The translations under genes were made by a program, and so were the position numbers. Below the pieces are notes generated by a model. That model did no database searches and was not told the DNA's origin. It saw only the letters and a list, made by a program, of their open reading frames with translations. From Candidatus Magasanikbacteria bacterium RIFOXYC2_FULL_42_28 (GTDB lineage: Bacteria > Patescibacteriota > Patescibacteriia > Magasanikbacterales > GWA2-37-8), in contig MFQZ01000001.1 of assembly GCA_001784435.1 (NCBI GenBank), positions 82,340 through 146,339 on the forward strand: 64,000 bases of DNA, given 5' to 3'. Within the stretch, counting starts at the first letter, position 1. Every line of letters begins with the position of its first letter. Positions 1 through 10,242 of the stretch are shown here, in pieces.

Positions 1-16
1 TTTAATTTGTTATTTA

Positions 17-514
17 TTAAAAAGTTTTCTCTGGCGTCCAAGACCCAGATGAATAATCATCGACAGCAACAATAGGATTTTTTACATTTATATTAATATC
101 TCTATACTGCCTTACACCACTACCAGCGTCCTCATAAACCCTTACCAAATCATCGTCCACCCACATATATTCACTCATTTTATAATCACCAATAAAAATA
201 GTTTTTATTGTAAAAAATCTGACATCAATAATTTTTAAAGCCCATTCTTTATCAGCCCATTTCACTCTCACGTAATCAAAATATGAAAAATGTTTTCCAT
301 CTGGCGACCATTGTGTATTGGGTGCTTTAAAAAAATTTGTATCGGAAATTATTTTTTTTATGGGAAGATGCTTTGTTTCAACTAATATAGTACTTTGATC
401 TTCCCCCCTATAAATATCTACCAACAAAGATGGGTTAATATAATAGATGAAGAAAATAAATACACAAATAATCACCAATAAAGTAGATATGATTTTAAAA
501 ATTTTATAAGTCAT
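17..514 (-). CDS. Membrane-anchored hypothetical protein with a TolB/WD40-like repeat
   Basis: N-terminal TM helix (IISTLLVIICVFIFFIYYI) and WSPDGKHFSY motif; ATG at 514 lies 2 nt after the upstream stop (ORF track starts at TTG 532). Confidence 0.6.
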   Translation of the reverse strand: MTYKIFKIISTLLVIICVFIFFIYYINPSLLVDIYRGEDQSTILVETKHLPIKKIISDTNFFKAPNTQWSPDGKHFSYFDYVRVKWADKEWALKIIDVRFFTIKTIFIGDYKMSEYMWVDDDLVRVYEDAGSGVRQYRDININVKNPIVAVDDYSSGSWTPEKTF

Positions 515-516
515 AT

Positions 517-1686
517 CTAATTGGGGCTCCAATAAAAATATGTGTCATCAACCTTCCTCAAAAATTTTCCCTTCGGTACAATATTTTTTTCATACCAATC
601 TCTTCCTTCTGAATTTCTAAAACCATTAAAGTGCGTAGCCTCAGTTGGATTAATATTATTACCAGATATAATGACCTTGGCAATCTCACAACATTCATAC
701 CAACTTATTTTATCCGACTCTCCAACATTTTTGTAACCAAGTGGATTGATAATTTTTAAAAAATTATCATCATCGCGCTTAAAAGGATCATATTGTCCTT
801 CCTGTAAAATTACACCATGAATAGTATCCGGCCACCACGATTTTGCTTTTTTTCGATTTACAACTGACCAACCCACCCATTCCTTGGCTTCTCGCGACTG
901 GTTATTTGCTTCGCCGAAAATTAATCTGGCTAAAATAATTTCTTCCGGATCATCAAGAAAATTCCCAGTCCATTCGGGATTTTTCGTAGTCGGGACTCTT
1001 TTTGTTGCAACCTTAGAATTAATTAAAATATCGAAACTCCTTAAAACCGGTGTCCGATCTGCCCATAACTCTACATAATGGATACCGACTGGCAAATTTT
1101 GATTAAATCTATTGATTTCAATTCTACCGTTCATTTGCCTCCCTTGCCAAAACCAATTTTTACCTCGCCAAATTGCTTTTTTGTTCTTTTGAATTTGACC
1201 GTCAATTATTATTTTAACATCATCGCTATCTATTATTTTTTTCTTACAACTTACTGAAACATCAATAATATTCAATGGCAAATTTATTAGCGCAACCGCA
1301 AGCCAGGGCTGACAATTTTTTTCTTCGCTTTGAATGTCTTGAAAAAGTGTTACTAAACCACCTTTGTCCAGCAATATAATTTTTGGTTCTGGTATGATTT
1401 CAGCTTCACCCTTTGAAATAAATTTCAATTCATGATTGCCTTTGGCCAACTCAATAACAAAAACTATTGTCTCCGCGCCACCTTTCAGCGCGTTACCGTT
1501 CCAGGCGGGCGGAATATTGAAGTATTGATTTTTTGTTTTTGGCAAGATACCTTTTAAAGCCAATCCATCTATTTCTACTCGCAAGCTGTTTTTTTTATTA
1601 CAAATGGCGGACACATAAATTGCGTGTATACCAGCTAAGTTAGTTTCAAATCTATAAACAAAATCTTCGGTTATTTTTTTGAACAT
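517..1686 (-). CDS. SleB/Hydrolase_2-like cell-wall hydrolase with two repeated N-terminal beta domains
   Basis: C-terminal LARLIFGEA..VGWSVVNR..WPDTIHGVILQEGQY motif; N-terminal half has two similar units (LRVEIDG..GNHELKF and VKIIIDG..GIHYVELW); no signal peptide seen. Confidence 0.8.
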   Translation of the reverse strand: MFKKITEDFVYRFETNLAGIHAIYVSAICNKKNSLRVEIDGLALKGILPKTKNQYFNIPPAWNGNALKGGAETIVFVIELAKGNHELKFISKGEAEIIPEPKIILLDKGGLVTLFQDIQSEEKNCQPWLAVALINLPLNIIDVSVSCKKKIIDSDDVKIIIDGQIQKNKKAIWRGKNWFWQGRQMNGRIEINRFNQNLPVGIHYVELWADRTPVLRSFDILINSKVATKRVPTTKNPEWTGNFLDDPEEIILARLIFGEANNQSREAKEWVGWSVVNRKKAKSWWPDTIHGVILQEGQYDPFKRDDDNFLKIINPLGYKNVGESDKISWYECCEIAKVIISGNNINPTEATHFNGFRNSEGRDWYEKNIVPKGKFLRKVDDTYFYWSPN

Positions 1687-1690
1687 ACGA

Positions 1691-2518
1691 CTACAAATAT
1701 TTTGAAATCAGCTCTTTGTAATTTTTACAAAAATTTTCTACAAATACTTGTTCGGGGAAAAATTTTTTTAAATCAAAAGATAATTTTTGCTCGGTCACTT
1801 TTTCATTGATTACCGCCCAAATTTTTTCTTTCAATTCCATGCGGGAATTAATTCCGATTTTTAATTTCAAGTATTCATAATTGGGCTCAATCCCCGACTG
1901 CAAATACCAATATAAATCATAAAAATCTCTTCCCTTGATATCAATCTCATTTTTATCACCTTTAAACCACACCCGCTCTAAAATAGCGCCGATTTTCCCG
2001 ATCATCAAAAATTCTTTTTTGTAATTTCGAGCGGTAAAATTATAACCAAATTTAGAAATCGAATTTACTTCAACTGACAATTCAGGAAAAGTCATTTGAT
2101 TTGGCTCAACTTTAACAAATAAATAATCACTCTGCATTTTTCCAGCCAAACCCAACTCTTTTAAAATTGGAAATTTTAAATATATTCGAAAATCCGACTG
2201 TGTTTTAGTTGTGATTGGCAATAAGTATTTATCGCGCAATACCAACGAAATATCCTCCGCAAATTTGTCGACATTAAACTTTTTCCATGTTTCCGCCGGT
2301 AAATCAAAATCTAAGTCCTCTGATAAACGCGAACCACCAAAACAAATTCTAAGACATGAACCACCAGTAAAAACAAAAGTATTATAATCTTTACTATTAT
2401 AAATATATTCCAACACCAAATATTGCAAATATTCTTTTAGATAGTTCATTATTACGGCTTTTTCAACATTCAGCCGAGTTTTTTCCGTAACAATATCTCT
2501 CAATACATCTAAAATCAT
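1691..2518 (-). CDS. abiEii: AbiEii-family nucleotidyltransferase toxin (type IV TA)
   Basis: FTGGSCLRICFGGSRLSEDLDF and KGRDFYDL motifs. Confidence 0.9.
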   Translation of the reverse strand: MILDVLRDIVTEKTRLNVEKAVIMNYLKEYLQYLVLEYIYNSKDYNTFVFTGGSCLRICFGGSRLSEDLDFDLPAETWKKFNVDKFAEDISLVLRDKYLLPITTKTQSDFRIYLKFPILKELGLAGKMQSDYLFVKVEPNQMTFPELSVEVNSISKFGYNFTARNYKKEFLMIGKIGAILERVWFKGDKNEIDIKGRDFYDLYWYLQSGIEPNYEYLKLKIGINSRMELKEKIWAVINEKVTEQKLSFDLKKFFPEQVFVENFCKNYKELISKYL

Positions 2519-2522
2519 ATAA

Positions 2523-3164
2523 TTATTTTGAAAAATACATTTTATCGATTAACATAATTGCCACCACAACTTTTTTACTATTTGTAAATTGACAAAATGT
2601 TTTTACTCTCTCCCACTCCTGAATGCTAACCTCATCCCAATTAATTCTTAAATCATCGATAACTTTTTCATTAATTGGTTGATTTCGAATAAATCTCAAA
2701 TACAAAAAATCAAAAATTGCCTTTTCTTTTTCCGCCTCCCAAATCGGCGCACCTAAAAAATATTTAACTTTATAACCGGTAAACAATTTTGGAGTAAGCG
2801 AATAATAACGAAAAGTGTTTAACTGATTTCGAATCGCTCTAGTTTTTTTAGTTGTCATAGCGGTAATACAATACACCGCCTCTGTCAATAAACTGTATTT
2901 TGCCATTACATATTCCACTGATAGATACGACGGCTGAACCAACTGGCAAGAAATATATTCCTGATACTCGCCTTTTTCTAATTCTTTTTCATATCTTTTC
3001 TTTAATATATATAAACCACCTTTCAAACTTATCAAATCGCCATTTTTTTGCCAATACCGAAGATTGCCATTCAAATTATTGATTGATGGCTCAAATTTTG
3101 ACAACGTCTTTTTGCTTAGCAAAAGCAAACTTTGGGTTTTTTCTTCCAGTTTTTCAATTTTCAT
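2523..3164 (-). CDS. AbiEi-like antitoxin/transcriptional regulator
   Basis: LKGGLY, PSYLSVEYVMAKYSLLTE and AEKEKAIFDFLY motifs; 4 nt upstream of abiEii; ATG 3164 preferred over TTG 3176. Confidence 0.8.
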   Translation of the reverse strand: MKIEKLEEKTQSLLLLSKKTLSKFEPSINNLNGNLRYWQKNGDLISLKGGLYILKKRYEKELEKGEYQEYISCQLVQPSYLSVEYVMAKYSLLTEAVYCITAMTTKKTRAIRNQLNTFRYYSLTPKLFTGYKVKYFLGAPIWEAEKEKAIFDFLYLRFIRNQPINEKVIDDLRINWDEVSIQEWERVKTFCQFTNSKKVVVAIMLIDKMYFSK

Positions 3165-3167
3165 ACT

Positions 3168-3208
3168 TGTTTCCAAATTAACATAATTATTATACTAATC
3201 AAGAAACA
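3168..3208. promoter_or_regulatory. Imperfect 20-bp inverted repeat, probable AbiEi operator
   Basis: TGTTTCCAAATTAACATAAT (3168-3187) and ATTATACTAATCAAGAAACA (3189-3208), 15/20 complementary, overlapping the -10. Confidence 0.55.
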
Positions 3209-3217
3209 GTTTGTCAA
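3189..3217 (-). promoter_or_regulatory. Consensus sigma70 promoter of the abiE operon
   Basis: TTGACA-17 bp-TATAAT, exact consensus. Confidence 0.85.
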
Positions 3218-3222
3218 GCCAC

Positions 3223-3231
3223 TTATCCACA
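3223..3231 (+). promoter_or_regulatory. DnaA-box consensus
   Basis: TTATCCACA 5 bp from the -35; a 1-mismatch box (AGTGGATAA) lies at 3331-3339. Confidence 0.6.
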
Positions 3232-3349
3232 GCAATACTACACCGTCCACTGCTCAATATATTGCTTAAATTTTATAATTCGCGTCGCGTCGCGCGCGTC
3301 AAATAAAAATGGCGCCACGTCTTTGCTCATAGTGGATAACTATCATATC

Positions 3350-4735
3350 CTACACCCCTTTTAAAAACACCCCACCCACCGCGATTATATCAAATCCGGC
3401 TTTTTGTAAATCAGGATAACGATGTTGCCACAGGCGACGGCCGTCCATAATTAACGGCCGACCTTTGAATCCACTTAATAAAACATCGGCGAGGCCACGA
3501 AATTGTGGCCAGTCAGTGACGATAATTACCACGTCGGCCCCAGCCAACGCTTCTATTTCATTGGCCACGTAAATCAATTGTTTAGATGGAGGAAAAATAG
3601 TTTTAAACCACCGTAAAGCGGCCGGATCAAAAATATTTATTTTTTTCACTGACTGTTCCATTAAATAATTGACAATATCTATACTGGGAGAATTGCGAAT
3701 ATCGTTAGTGTCTTGTTTAAATGCCGTTCCAAACAACGCCACAGTTTTACCGCTCCAATCAAAATTTGCCTCGCGCTGCGCCCGACCGACAAAAATATTC
3801 AGTTGGCGTTTATTGGCTAAATATGTTTCGTTCACAATAGTAGCATTTTGCCCGGCCGATTGCAATTGGTGAGACAAGGAACGAGCGTCTTTAATAAAAC
3901 AACTGCCACCGGCATACAAACTATCATAAAACCCCCAATCGCCTATTCTTTTGTCTGACGTTAGTATTGACCGGATATTCTCAAATTTAATATCAGAAAA
4001 TGTCTCACAGGCGCGGCCAATCACATCAAAACAAACGGCTAATTTATTAAAAAGATAAAAATTAGCGAGCAGTTTACTGGCCGCCGCCTCTTTGGGATTC
4101 ACTTCTATGTATTTAATCGCGGTGGAATCATAAAATCGGCGATAGATTTGGCGCATGATTCCAAAATCTTTTTGACTGGACGCGCCTACGACTACACGAT
4201 CGGGTTTAAGCGAACCCGACACAGCCTTGCCTTCCACTAAAAATTCCGGGTTAGATACGACACCAAAATTTTTCACTCCCTGTTTTTTCATAATTTCCGC
4301 GGTCTGGTCTACCATATTAATTGGCACCGTACTTTTGTTTACAATCACGACATACTTGCTTTGTTTGTTAGTATTACGGCTAGCTAAAATCTGAGCCAAT
4401 TTAATAGTGGCAGAATTATAATACTTCAGATCACTTTCCCCGGTTTCGCCTATTTCCGGTGTTGGCAAACACATAAATATCGCGTCTACGTCTTCAATAA
4501 ACTCCTCTACTTTATCATAATCGCTGGTAAAAGTAAGATGCTCTCGATTGCGCACAATCAAATCACCCAGCCCCTCTTCAAACAGACACGACTCAATCGT
4601 ATCGCGATCATTCGCGCCTAACATGGCAATCTTATTTTCATCGATATCATAAGCCAATGTCTCGTGGCCACTATTTGCTGAAACCGCCGCCGAGCACGCG
4701 CCCACGAAGCCGGAACCAATATATAAAATTTTCAT
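3350..4735 (-). CDS. ugd: UDP-glucose 6-dehydrogenase
   Basis: GSGFVG Rossmann motif, NKSTVP, SNPEFLVEG, GGSCFIKD, FKQDTNDIRNSP. Confidence 0.9.
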   Translation of the reverse strand: MKILYIGSGFVGACSAAVSANSGHETLAYDIDENKIAMLGANDRDTIESCLFEEGLGDLIVRNREHLTFTSDYDKVEEFIEDVDAIFMCLPTPEIGETGESDLKYYNSATIKLAQILASRNTNKQSKYVVIVNKSTVPINMVDQTAEIMKKQGVKNFGVVSNPEFLVEGKAVSGSLKPDRVVVGASSQKDFGIMRQIYRRFYDSTAIKYIEVNPKEAAASKLLANFYLFNKLAVCFDVIGRACETFSDIKFENIRSILTSDKRIGDWGFYDSLYAGGSCFIKDARSLSHQLQSAGQNATIVNETYLANKRQLNIFVGRAQREANFDWSGKTVALFGTAFKQDTNDIRNSPSIDIVNYLMEQSVKKINIFDPAALRWFKTIFPPSKQLIYVANEIEALAGADVVIIVTDWPQFRGLADVLLSGFKGRPLIMDGRRLWQHRYPDLQKAGFDIIAVGGVFLKGV

Positions 4736-4736
4736 A

Positions 4737-5675
4737 TTAAATTTTTGTTTTAAAATATTCTATTGTTTTCACCAAACCATCTAAAAACGGAACGGCCGGC
4801 TGCCAACCCAGCGCCTCCTTCGCTTTGCTGATATCAGGGCAACGATTGGTCGGGTCATCTATCGGTAAATTTCGGTAAACAATCTTACTCTTTGATCCGG
4901 TTATTTTTTGTATTAGCTCTGCCACTTGTTTGATGGTAAATTCGGCGGAATTGCCCAAATTAACCGGACCGGTCAATTCGTCGTTTGAGTTCATCATTTT
5001 AACCAAACCACTCACTAAGTCATCGATAAAACAAAAGCTTCTGGTCTGCAAACCATCTCCATAAATGGTAATGTCATTGTCCCGTAAGGCCTGCACGATA
5101 AAATTAGATACTACTCGCCCATCGTTCTCGGACATACGTGAACCATAGGTATTAAAAATCCTAACGACTTTAATTTTTAAACCATACGAACGATGATAAT
5201 CAAAAAATAAGGTCTCGGCGCAACGCTTGCCCTCGTCGTAACAAGCGCGTGGGCCAATGGGATTTACATTCCCACGGTATGTTTCCGGTTGGGGGGAAAC
5301 TAATGGTTCTCCATAAACTTCGGAGGTGGAGGCCTGTAAAATTTTTGCGCCCCTTGCTTTTGCCAGATCAAGCAAGTTGGCCACACCAACGGTGTTGGTT
5401 TTAATGGTGTGAATGGCATCTTTCTGATACTGAATAGGCGAAGCCGGACAAGCTAAATTATAGATCTCAGCTACCGCTTCATCTGGATAAAACGGCTCGG
5501 TAATGTCATGCTTGATGAACTTAAACAACGCATTGGCATAAAAATCTTTTATATTATCCTCTGAACCGGTCAATAGGTTATCAACACAAATAACCCGATG
5601 GCCGGTCTTAAGCAAAAATTCGCATAAGTGGGAGCCGATGAAACCAGCACCACCGGTAACTATGATATTTTTCAT
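4737..5675 (-). CDS. UDP-glucuronate decarboxylase (UDP-xylose synthase)
   Basis: [48 protein letters not shown]. Confidence 0.88.
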   Translation of the reverse strand: MKNIIVTGGAGFIGSHLCEFLLKTGHRVICVDNLLTGSEDNIKDFYANALFKFIKHDITEPFYPDEAVAEIYNLACPASPIQYQKDAIHTIKTNTVGVANLLDLAKARGAKILQASTSEVYGEPLVSPQPETYRGNVNPIGPRACYDEGKRCAETLFFDYHRSYGLKIKVVRIFNTYGSRMSENDGRVVSNFIVQALRDNDITIYGDGLQTRSFCFIDDLVSGLVKMMNSNDELTGPVNLGNSAEFTIKQVAELIQKITGSKSKIVYRNLPIDDPTNRCPDISKAKEALGWQPAVPFLDGLVKTIEYFKTKI

Positions 5676-6427
5676 AAAAACAAATATTGGCCAATCTTAA
5701 AAAAAATCCTCCTTAGTATAAAAAATAAGGGCACGCGTTGACCATTCATCTTCCAGGACCGCCGCAATTCTTGCCAGCCCTCAATCCGCCTTCCTAAATT
5801 CCGGGAGCTATGCCCGCCCTCTTTCATGTTAATCAACGACTGATTGACATAACTCATTTTAATACCTTTTAACAAAAAACGCAACATCAATTCATAATCA
5901 GCGGCTACTTTGAAATTCAGATTGAACACTCCATACCGTTCATAAATTTCCTGCCTCACAAAAAATGCCGGGTGTGGCATTATCCAGCCGTCACGTAATC
6001 TATCTTGCTGGTAACCGCCCGCCTGCCAAAAGCGCACCCTCCGGCTTGGCACCTCTCTATCAACATAGGTAATGTCGCCATAACAGGCGTCAATATCCTC
6101 ACTGTCAAAACGATTTGCCACAATAGAGACAACGTGATTATCAGAAAAACAGTCGTCGGAATTTAATATCCCAATGACCGCGCCGGTAGCCAATTTTATG
6201 CCCTTATTCATAGCATCATAAATACCCTGGTCAGGTTCAGAAATAACACAACTAACTTTCCCTTCATATTTTTTAATAATATCTAAAGTCCCATCGGTTG
6301 ATCCGCCATCTATAATTATATATTCCAAAGAATTATAATCCTGACACAAAACACTATCAATAGTATTTTCGATTGTTGCTTTACTATTGAAACAAACTGT
6401 TATAATACTTATTTTTGCCATAATCAT
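5672..6427 (-). CDS. GT2 glycosyltransferase (WcaE-like)
   Basis: [36 protein letters not shown]. Confidence 0.88.
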   Translation of the reverse strand: MIMAKISIITVCFNSKATIENTIDSVLCQDYNSLEYIIIDGGSTDGTLDIIKKYEGKVSCVISEPDQGIYDAMNKGIKLATGAVIGILNSDDCFSDNHVVSIVANRFDSEDIDACYGDITYVDREVPSRRVRFWQAGGYQQDRLRDGWIMPHPAFFVRQEIYERYGVFNLNFKVAADYELMLRFLLKGIKMSYVNQSLINMKEGGHSSRNLGRRIEGWQELRRSWKMNGQRVPLFFILRRIFFKIGQYLFL

Positions 6428-7518
6428 AGTATATTACCGGATAAAAAATTGTAGAAATCAAAAGTTTCCTTGCCAGTTTTATTCCAATTAAACCTACTGG
6501 CATTATCCGTGCCACGCTTAATAATCCCCATCCTAAAATCAGTGCTCTCCAGTTTGATAATATTAGCACAGAATTCCTCAACATCATTAAATCCGTTAAC
6601 AATATTACCAACCTCTCCATACACCTCTGGTATTGAAGAAACATTCTGACATATTACCGGGCAACCAGCCTGCATAGCCTCCAAAATTGGAATACCAAAA
6701 CCCTCGTACTCCGAAGGATAAAGATAGCAGAACGAAAGATTATAAACAATATTTAACTCTTCAGAATTGACGTCCGGCATATGAGTGTACCTGCGTTCAA
6801 ACGAAGCCAAGGTCGCTTTTTCTTTATTAGTAATATCTCCCCCGCCAACGATAAGTAAATGATAATCAGCCGGCAACTTTTTTATCACCTCGGTCGCCAT
6901 TTTAAAATTTTTGTATTCTGTTCTTTTACCGACAAAGGAAACAACTTTCTTCCCATTTAAATCTTTAAATCTGGTGGTGGCAATATCTAAATTTTCAATT
7001 TTTTTGAAAGATTTATCAGCGGACAAATAAATAACTTTTATGTTCTTCTCGTCTAAATCCGGATAAAAATGCAGGAGGTCTTTTTTGGTATTTTCAGAAA
7101 TACAAATTATGCCGGCAGCTTTGCGGATAGCCAAACTTTTCTGCCAATGGTGGACCCGTTTAGCGAGCCCGCGCATATAATACTCATAGGTAAAATCATA
7201 TACGGTTATAACATTCTTCACTTTTTTATTGGTAGAATATCTAAAATAGCTTGAATGAAAAATAGAATTATCTAAAACATTTATCTTGTTAATCGGAAAA
7301 TATCTAACTAAACTGAGCGGTAACTTCCTGTCGTCAATTATCAATCCCCGCTGAATAAGCGATCTCTCTTTAAATTTAGCCCCCAAATGTAACGGCTCAA
7401 TAAATTTTATATTAACATCCGATCTGCTAATAAAATTAACGGCTATCTGATCCCAATACGCGGAAATCCCGCCAAAATTTTGGAGATAAAAAATGATATT
7501 GTCCAAATATAAATTCAT
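6424..7518 (-). CDS. GT4 glycosyltransferase
   Basis: YPSEYEGFGIPILEAMQAGCP. Confidence 0.9.
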   Translation of the reverse strand: MNLYLDNIIFYLQNFGGISAYWDQIAVNFISRSDVNIKFIEPLHLGAKFKERSLIQRGLIIDDRKLPLSLVRYFPINKINVLDNSIFHSSYFRYSTNKKVKNVITVYDFTYEYYMRGLAKRVHHWQKSLAIRKAAGIICISENTKKDLLHFYPDLDEKNIKVIYLSADKSFKKIENLDIATTRFKDLNGKKVVSFVGKRTEYKNFKMATEVIKKLPADYHLLIVGGGDITNKEKATLASFERRYTHMPDVNSEELNIVYNLSFCYLYPSEYEGFGIPILEAMQAGCPVICQNVSSIPEVYGEVGNIVNGFNDVEEFCANIIKLESTDFRMGIIKRGTDNASRFNWNKTGKETFDFYNFLSGNIL

Positions 7519-8486
7519 AATTTTTCACTTAACTTATTTTGCCAATAGGAAACTACATCACGCAAGCTTTGCTGGATAGTAAACTTCGGACTCCAGCCAA
7601 TTTCTTTACGCAGTTTTGCATTTGAACCGATGATAACTTTATTGTCTGCCGGCCTAATTAATTCATTTTTGATTTTTATTTCCACCTTAATATCAAAAAT
7701 TTCGCACATAATTTTTATTATATCTTTTATGGCGATACCTTGCCCACTACAAACATTATATATATCTCCAACTTTGCCACGCGTTAGTAATTTATAATAA
7801 GCGTCCACCACGTCCCTAACATCGATAAAGTCGCGCACGATAGAGATATCACCTACTTCAATTATTTTTGCTTGTTGATTTAATTTAATTTGACAGAGTT
7901 GTTTGGCAAAAGAAGAAATAACAAAAATTTCTTTTTGACCCGGACCCAAATGATTGAAAGATCTGGTCATTATAATGTTGAGTTTAAAACCATCGGCGTA
8001 AACTTTGGAAATGAATTCTTGCGATACCCGCGCTACCGCGTAAGGATTTGATGGATTAAGTGGCTGATCTTCGGTCATTGGATCCTTTAACAATGGAATA
8101 TTGCCGTATTCTTCGGAAGAACCAACTGATAAAATTCTTGCGGTCGAACAACTACTCCTCACTGCCTCCACCAAATTCAAAAAAATGTTGGTGTTATTTT
8201 GAAAACTTAATACTGGATTTTCCCAGCTAAAAGCCACGCTACTACATGAAGCTAAATGTAATATATAATCTGGTTTGAATTCAGCAATCACCTTTTCTAC
8301 ACCCTCCCGATTAAGAAGGTCAATTTTTTTTGATAATATACTTACCGTTTTATATTTATTCTGTTCTATTTTTGTATCATTTGAATCTAGCCCTAATACC
8401 ACCGAGCTTATCTTGGCGTCTTCAAGATAATCGACAAAATGTCGGCTAACAAAGCCAGAAAATCCGGTAATTAAAAATTTATTCAT
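7515..8486 (-). CDS. rmd: GDP-4-keto-6-deoxy-D-mannose reductase-like SDR
   Basis: VGSSEEYG, PSNPYAVAR, RSFNHLGPGQ, SSFAKQ, RDFIDVRDVV. Confidence 0.65.
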   Translation of the reverse strand: MNKFLITGFSGFVSRHFVDYLEDAKISSVVLGLDSNDTKIEQNKYKTVSILSKKIDLLNREGVEKVIAEFKPDYILHLASCSSVAFSWENPVLSFQNNTNIFLNLVEAVRSSCSTARILSVGSSEEYGNIPLLKDPMTEDQPLNPSNPYAVARVSQEFISKVYADGFKLNIIMTRSFNHLGPGQKEIFVISSFAKQLCQIKLNQQAKIIEVGDISIVRDFIDVRDVVDAYYKLLTRGKVGDIYNVCSGQGIAIKDIIKIMCEIFDIKVEIKIKNELIRPADNKVIIGSNAKLRKEIGWSPKFTIQQSLRDVVSYWQNKLSEKL

Positions 8487-8504
8487 AATATTAAATAAAG
8501 GATG

Positions 8505-9464
8505 CTAATCGCGCATTTTTACAGCCAATAACTTGCTTATTTTAAACAAACCTAATTTCTTAAGCAATTTTTTAAGATAAAAAGACACCGCGGTAAGATG
8601 ATAATGATTCCGATTGGTAAAACTGTCGGCAACCACATCTCTTATAACTGCCTTAGGATGAATAAGCGAAAAATCCATGTTGGAAAGAGATACATTGGCC
8701 ACATTTTTTAGATGATAAATACTGTGCGTAGCGCCAGTAGTAAAGCCAACATTAGTAACTAAATTTTTATTAGGCAAACATGTTAAACCATTATTCTTCC
8801 AGCAAGCAAAAGCCCAGGCATAATCCCAAGTGTCAATTTTATTATCATACATATCCTGCATAACGCTTGACCAATACGTTTGTTCCACTCTTGAGTTAAA
8901 TAACCGATTTATCAAATCATCACGTTTAAATTTAGGCCATTCGGTCATTTTTAAATCAAATAATTTCCAAGCACGGCGCCAAGTAGCCCATCCCCAAATA
9001 TGGTTAAAAGTGGAGAAATAATAACTGCTCTCTCCGCGTTTATTGCCCATTTGAAAATTTGCCCCACCAACCTGCATTATTCGCGAATCGTTCCGATAAT
9101 AATTTAATAGCTCCTCGCAAAATCTAAAAAAACTCTGATCCGGCAGGCAATCGTCTTCTAAAATTACCCCCTCTTCTACCTGGCTAAAAAACCAACCAAT
9201 CGCCCCGCTTACCGCTTTTTTACAACCCAAATTATTTTCTTGATAAAGCGTTTTTAATTCGCAAGACCAATCTACTTCTTTTTTTATAATGGCTTTAACC
9301 TCGGCTATTTTGGCCTCATCATCTTTATTCGCCCGCCGCGGACCATCGGCCGCCACAAATAAGTAGCGCGGCTGTTGCTTTTTTATCTCTGCCAAAACCC
9401 GGGCCGTAGTGTTAGGGCGGTTAAAAACTATAAATAATACCGGCGTATTAAATTGATCTGCCAT
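8505..9464 (-). CDS. GT-A nucleotide-diphospho-sugar transferase
   Basis: PVLFIVFNRP, ADGPR, ILEDDCLP, HIWGWATW. Confidence 0.8.
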   Translation of the reverse strand: MADQFNTPVLFIVFNRPNTTARVLAEIKKQQPRYLFVAADGPRRANKDDEAKIAEVKAIIKKEVDWSCELKTLYQENNLGCKKAVSGAIGWFFSQVEEGVILEDDCLPDQSFFRFCEELLNYYRNDSRIMQVGGANFQMGNKRGESSYYFSTFNHIWGWATWRRAWKLFDLKMTEWPKFKRDDLINRLFNSRVEQTYWSSVMQDMYDNKIDTWDYAWAFACWKNNGLTCLPNKNLVTNVGFTTGATHSIYHLKNVANVSLSNMDFSLIHPKAVIRDVVADSFTNRNHYHLTAVSFYLKKLLKKLGLFKISKLLAVKMRD

Positions 9465-9465
9465 A

Positions 9466-10242
9466 TTAACGGTAATTTTTATTCTTAACCGCGACTAAAA
9501 AATTAATGACTGACGCTAAAATAAGCTCAAAACCATTTAAATATCGACGTTGAACGACCTGCCAATTATTTTCTGTTTCCTTTTTAAATTTTACACCAGA
9601 ACTTTTTGCTTCGGCATGAACTTGAAAATTGCTGATTACTCGGTTAAAAAATGTCCACTTGGTGTGTTTGGAAATTCTTAACCATAAATCCGGATCCATG
9701 CCGGAAGATAAGCTTTCGTCAAAAAAACCATAATTTTTAAACACGGCTTTTTTGATAAACACTGCTTGGTGGGGAATGTAATTATAAAACCTTAACAGCC
9801 AAGCACTAAACCATCCATTTTTATTTTGAAAAATTTTTTTGGCGGGAAAAACTCCTACTTCTAATCCTTTGTCGTCTACCACATTAATTTTCCCATAAAT
9901 CCAATCATAATTATTCCCTAATAAAAAATCATCAACGTCACTCAATACATCGGCCGAAAAAAAATTGTCATCGGCGTGCAAATGAATAAGATAATCACCA
10001 CTCGCCTGGCTTGTCCCTTTATTCATCGCGTTGGATATGCCTTTAGGCGGAATCTGAAAAAATTTAACTCGATTGGGAAATAATTTTTTATATTCATTTA
10101 TAAGCTTAATGGTACCGTCGCTCGAATAAGCGTCTATAAAAATATGTTCAAAATCCCCAAATGACTGCCCTAAAACAGAGTTAATATTTTTTTTTAAAAA
10201 TGCCGCGCTGTTATAGGTGCAGGTGATAATAGAAAACCTCAT
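9466..10242 (-). CDS. GT2 glycosyltransferase
   Basis: FSIITCTYN, LHADD, PHQAVF. Confidence 0.85.
   Translation of the reverse strand: MRFSIITCTYNSAAFLKKNINSVLGQSFGDFEHIFIDAYSSDGTIKLINEYKKLFPNRVKFFQIPPKGISNAMNKGTSQASGDYLIHLHADDNFFSADVLSDVDDFLLGNNYDWIYGKINVVDDKGLEVGVFPAKKIFQNKNGWFSAWLLRFYNYIPHQAVFIKKAVFKNYGFFDESLSSGMDPDLWLRISKHTKWTFFNRVISNFQVHAEAKSSGVKFKKETENNWQVVQRRYLNGFELILASVINFLVAVKNKNYR

Noticed and set aside
3251-3300. Plus-strand TATAAT followed by CGCGTCGCGTCGCGCGCGTC
   Set aside because: Poor -35, no downstream ORF or terminator; the CG-rich run is too short to assign a function
3223-3339. Replication origin
   Set aside because: Only one perfect and one imperfect DnaA box, with no dnaA/dnaN and no clear unwinding element
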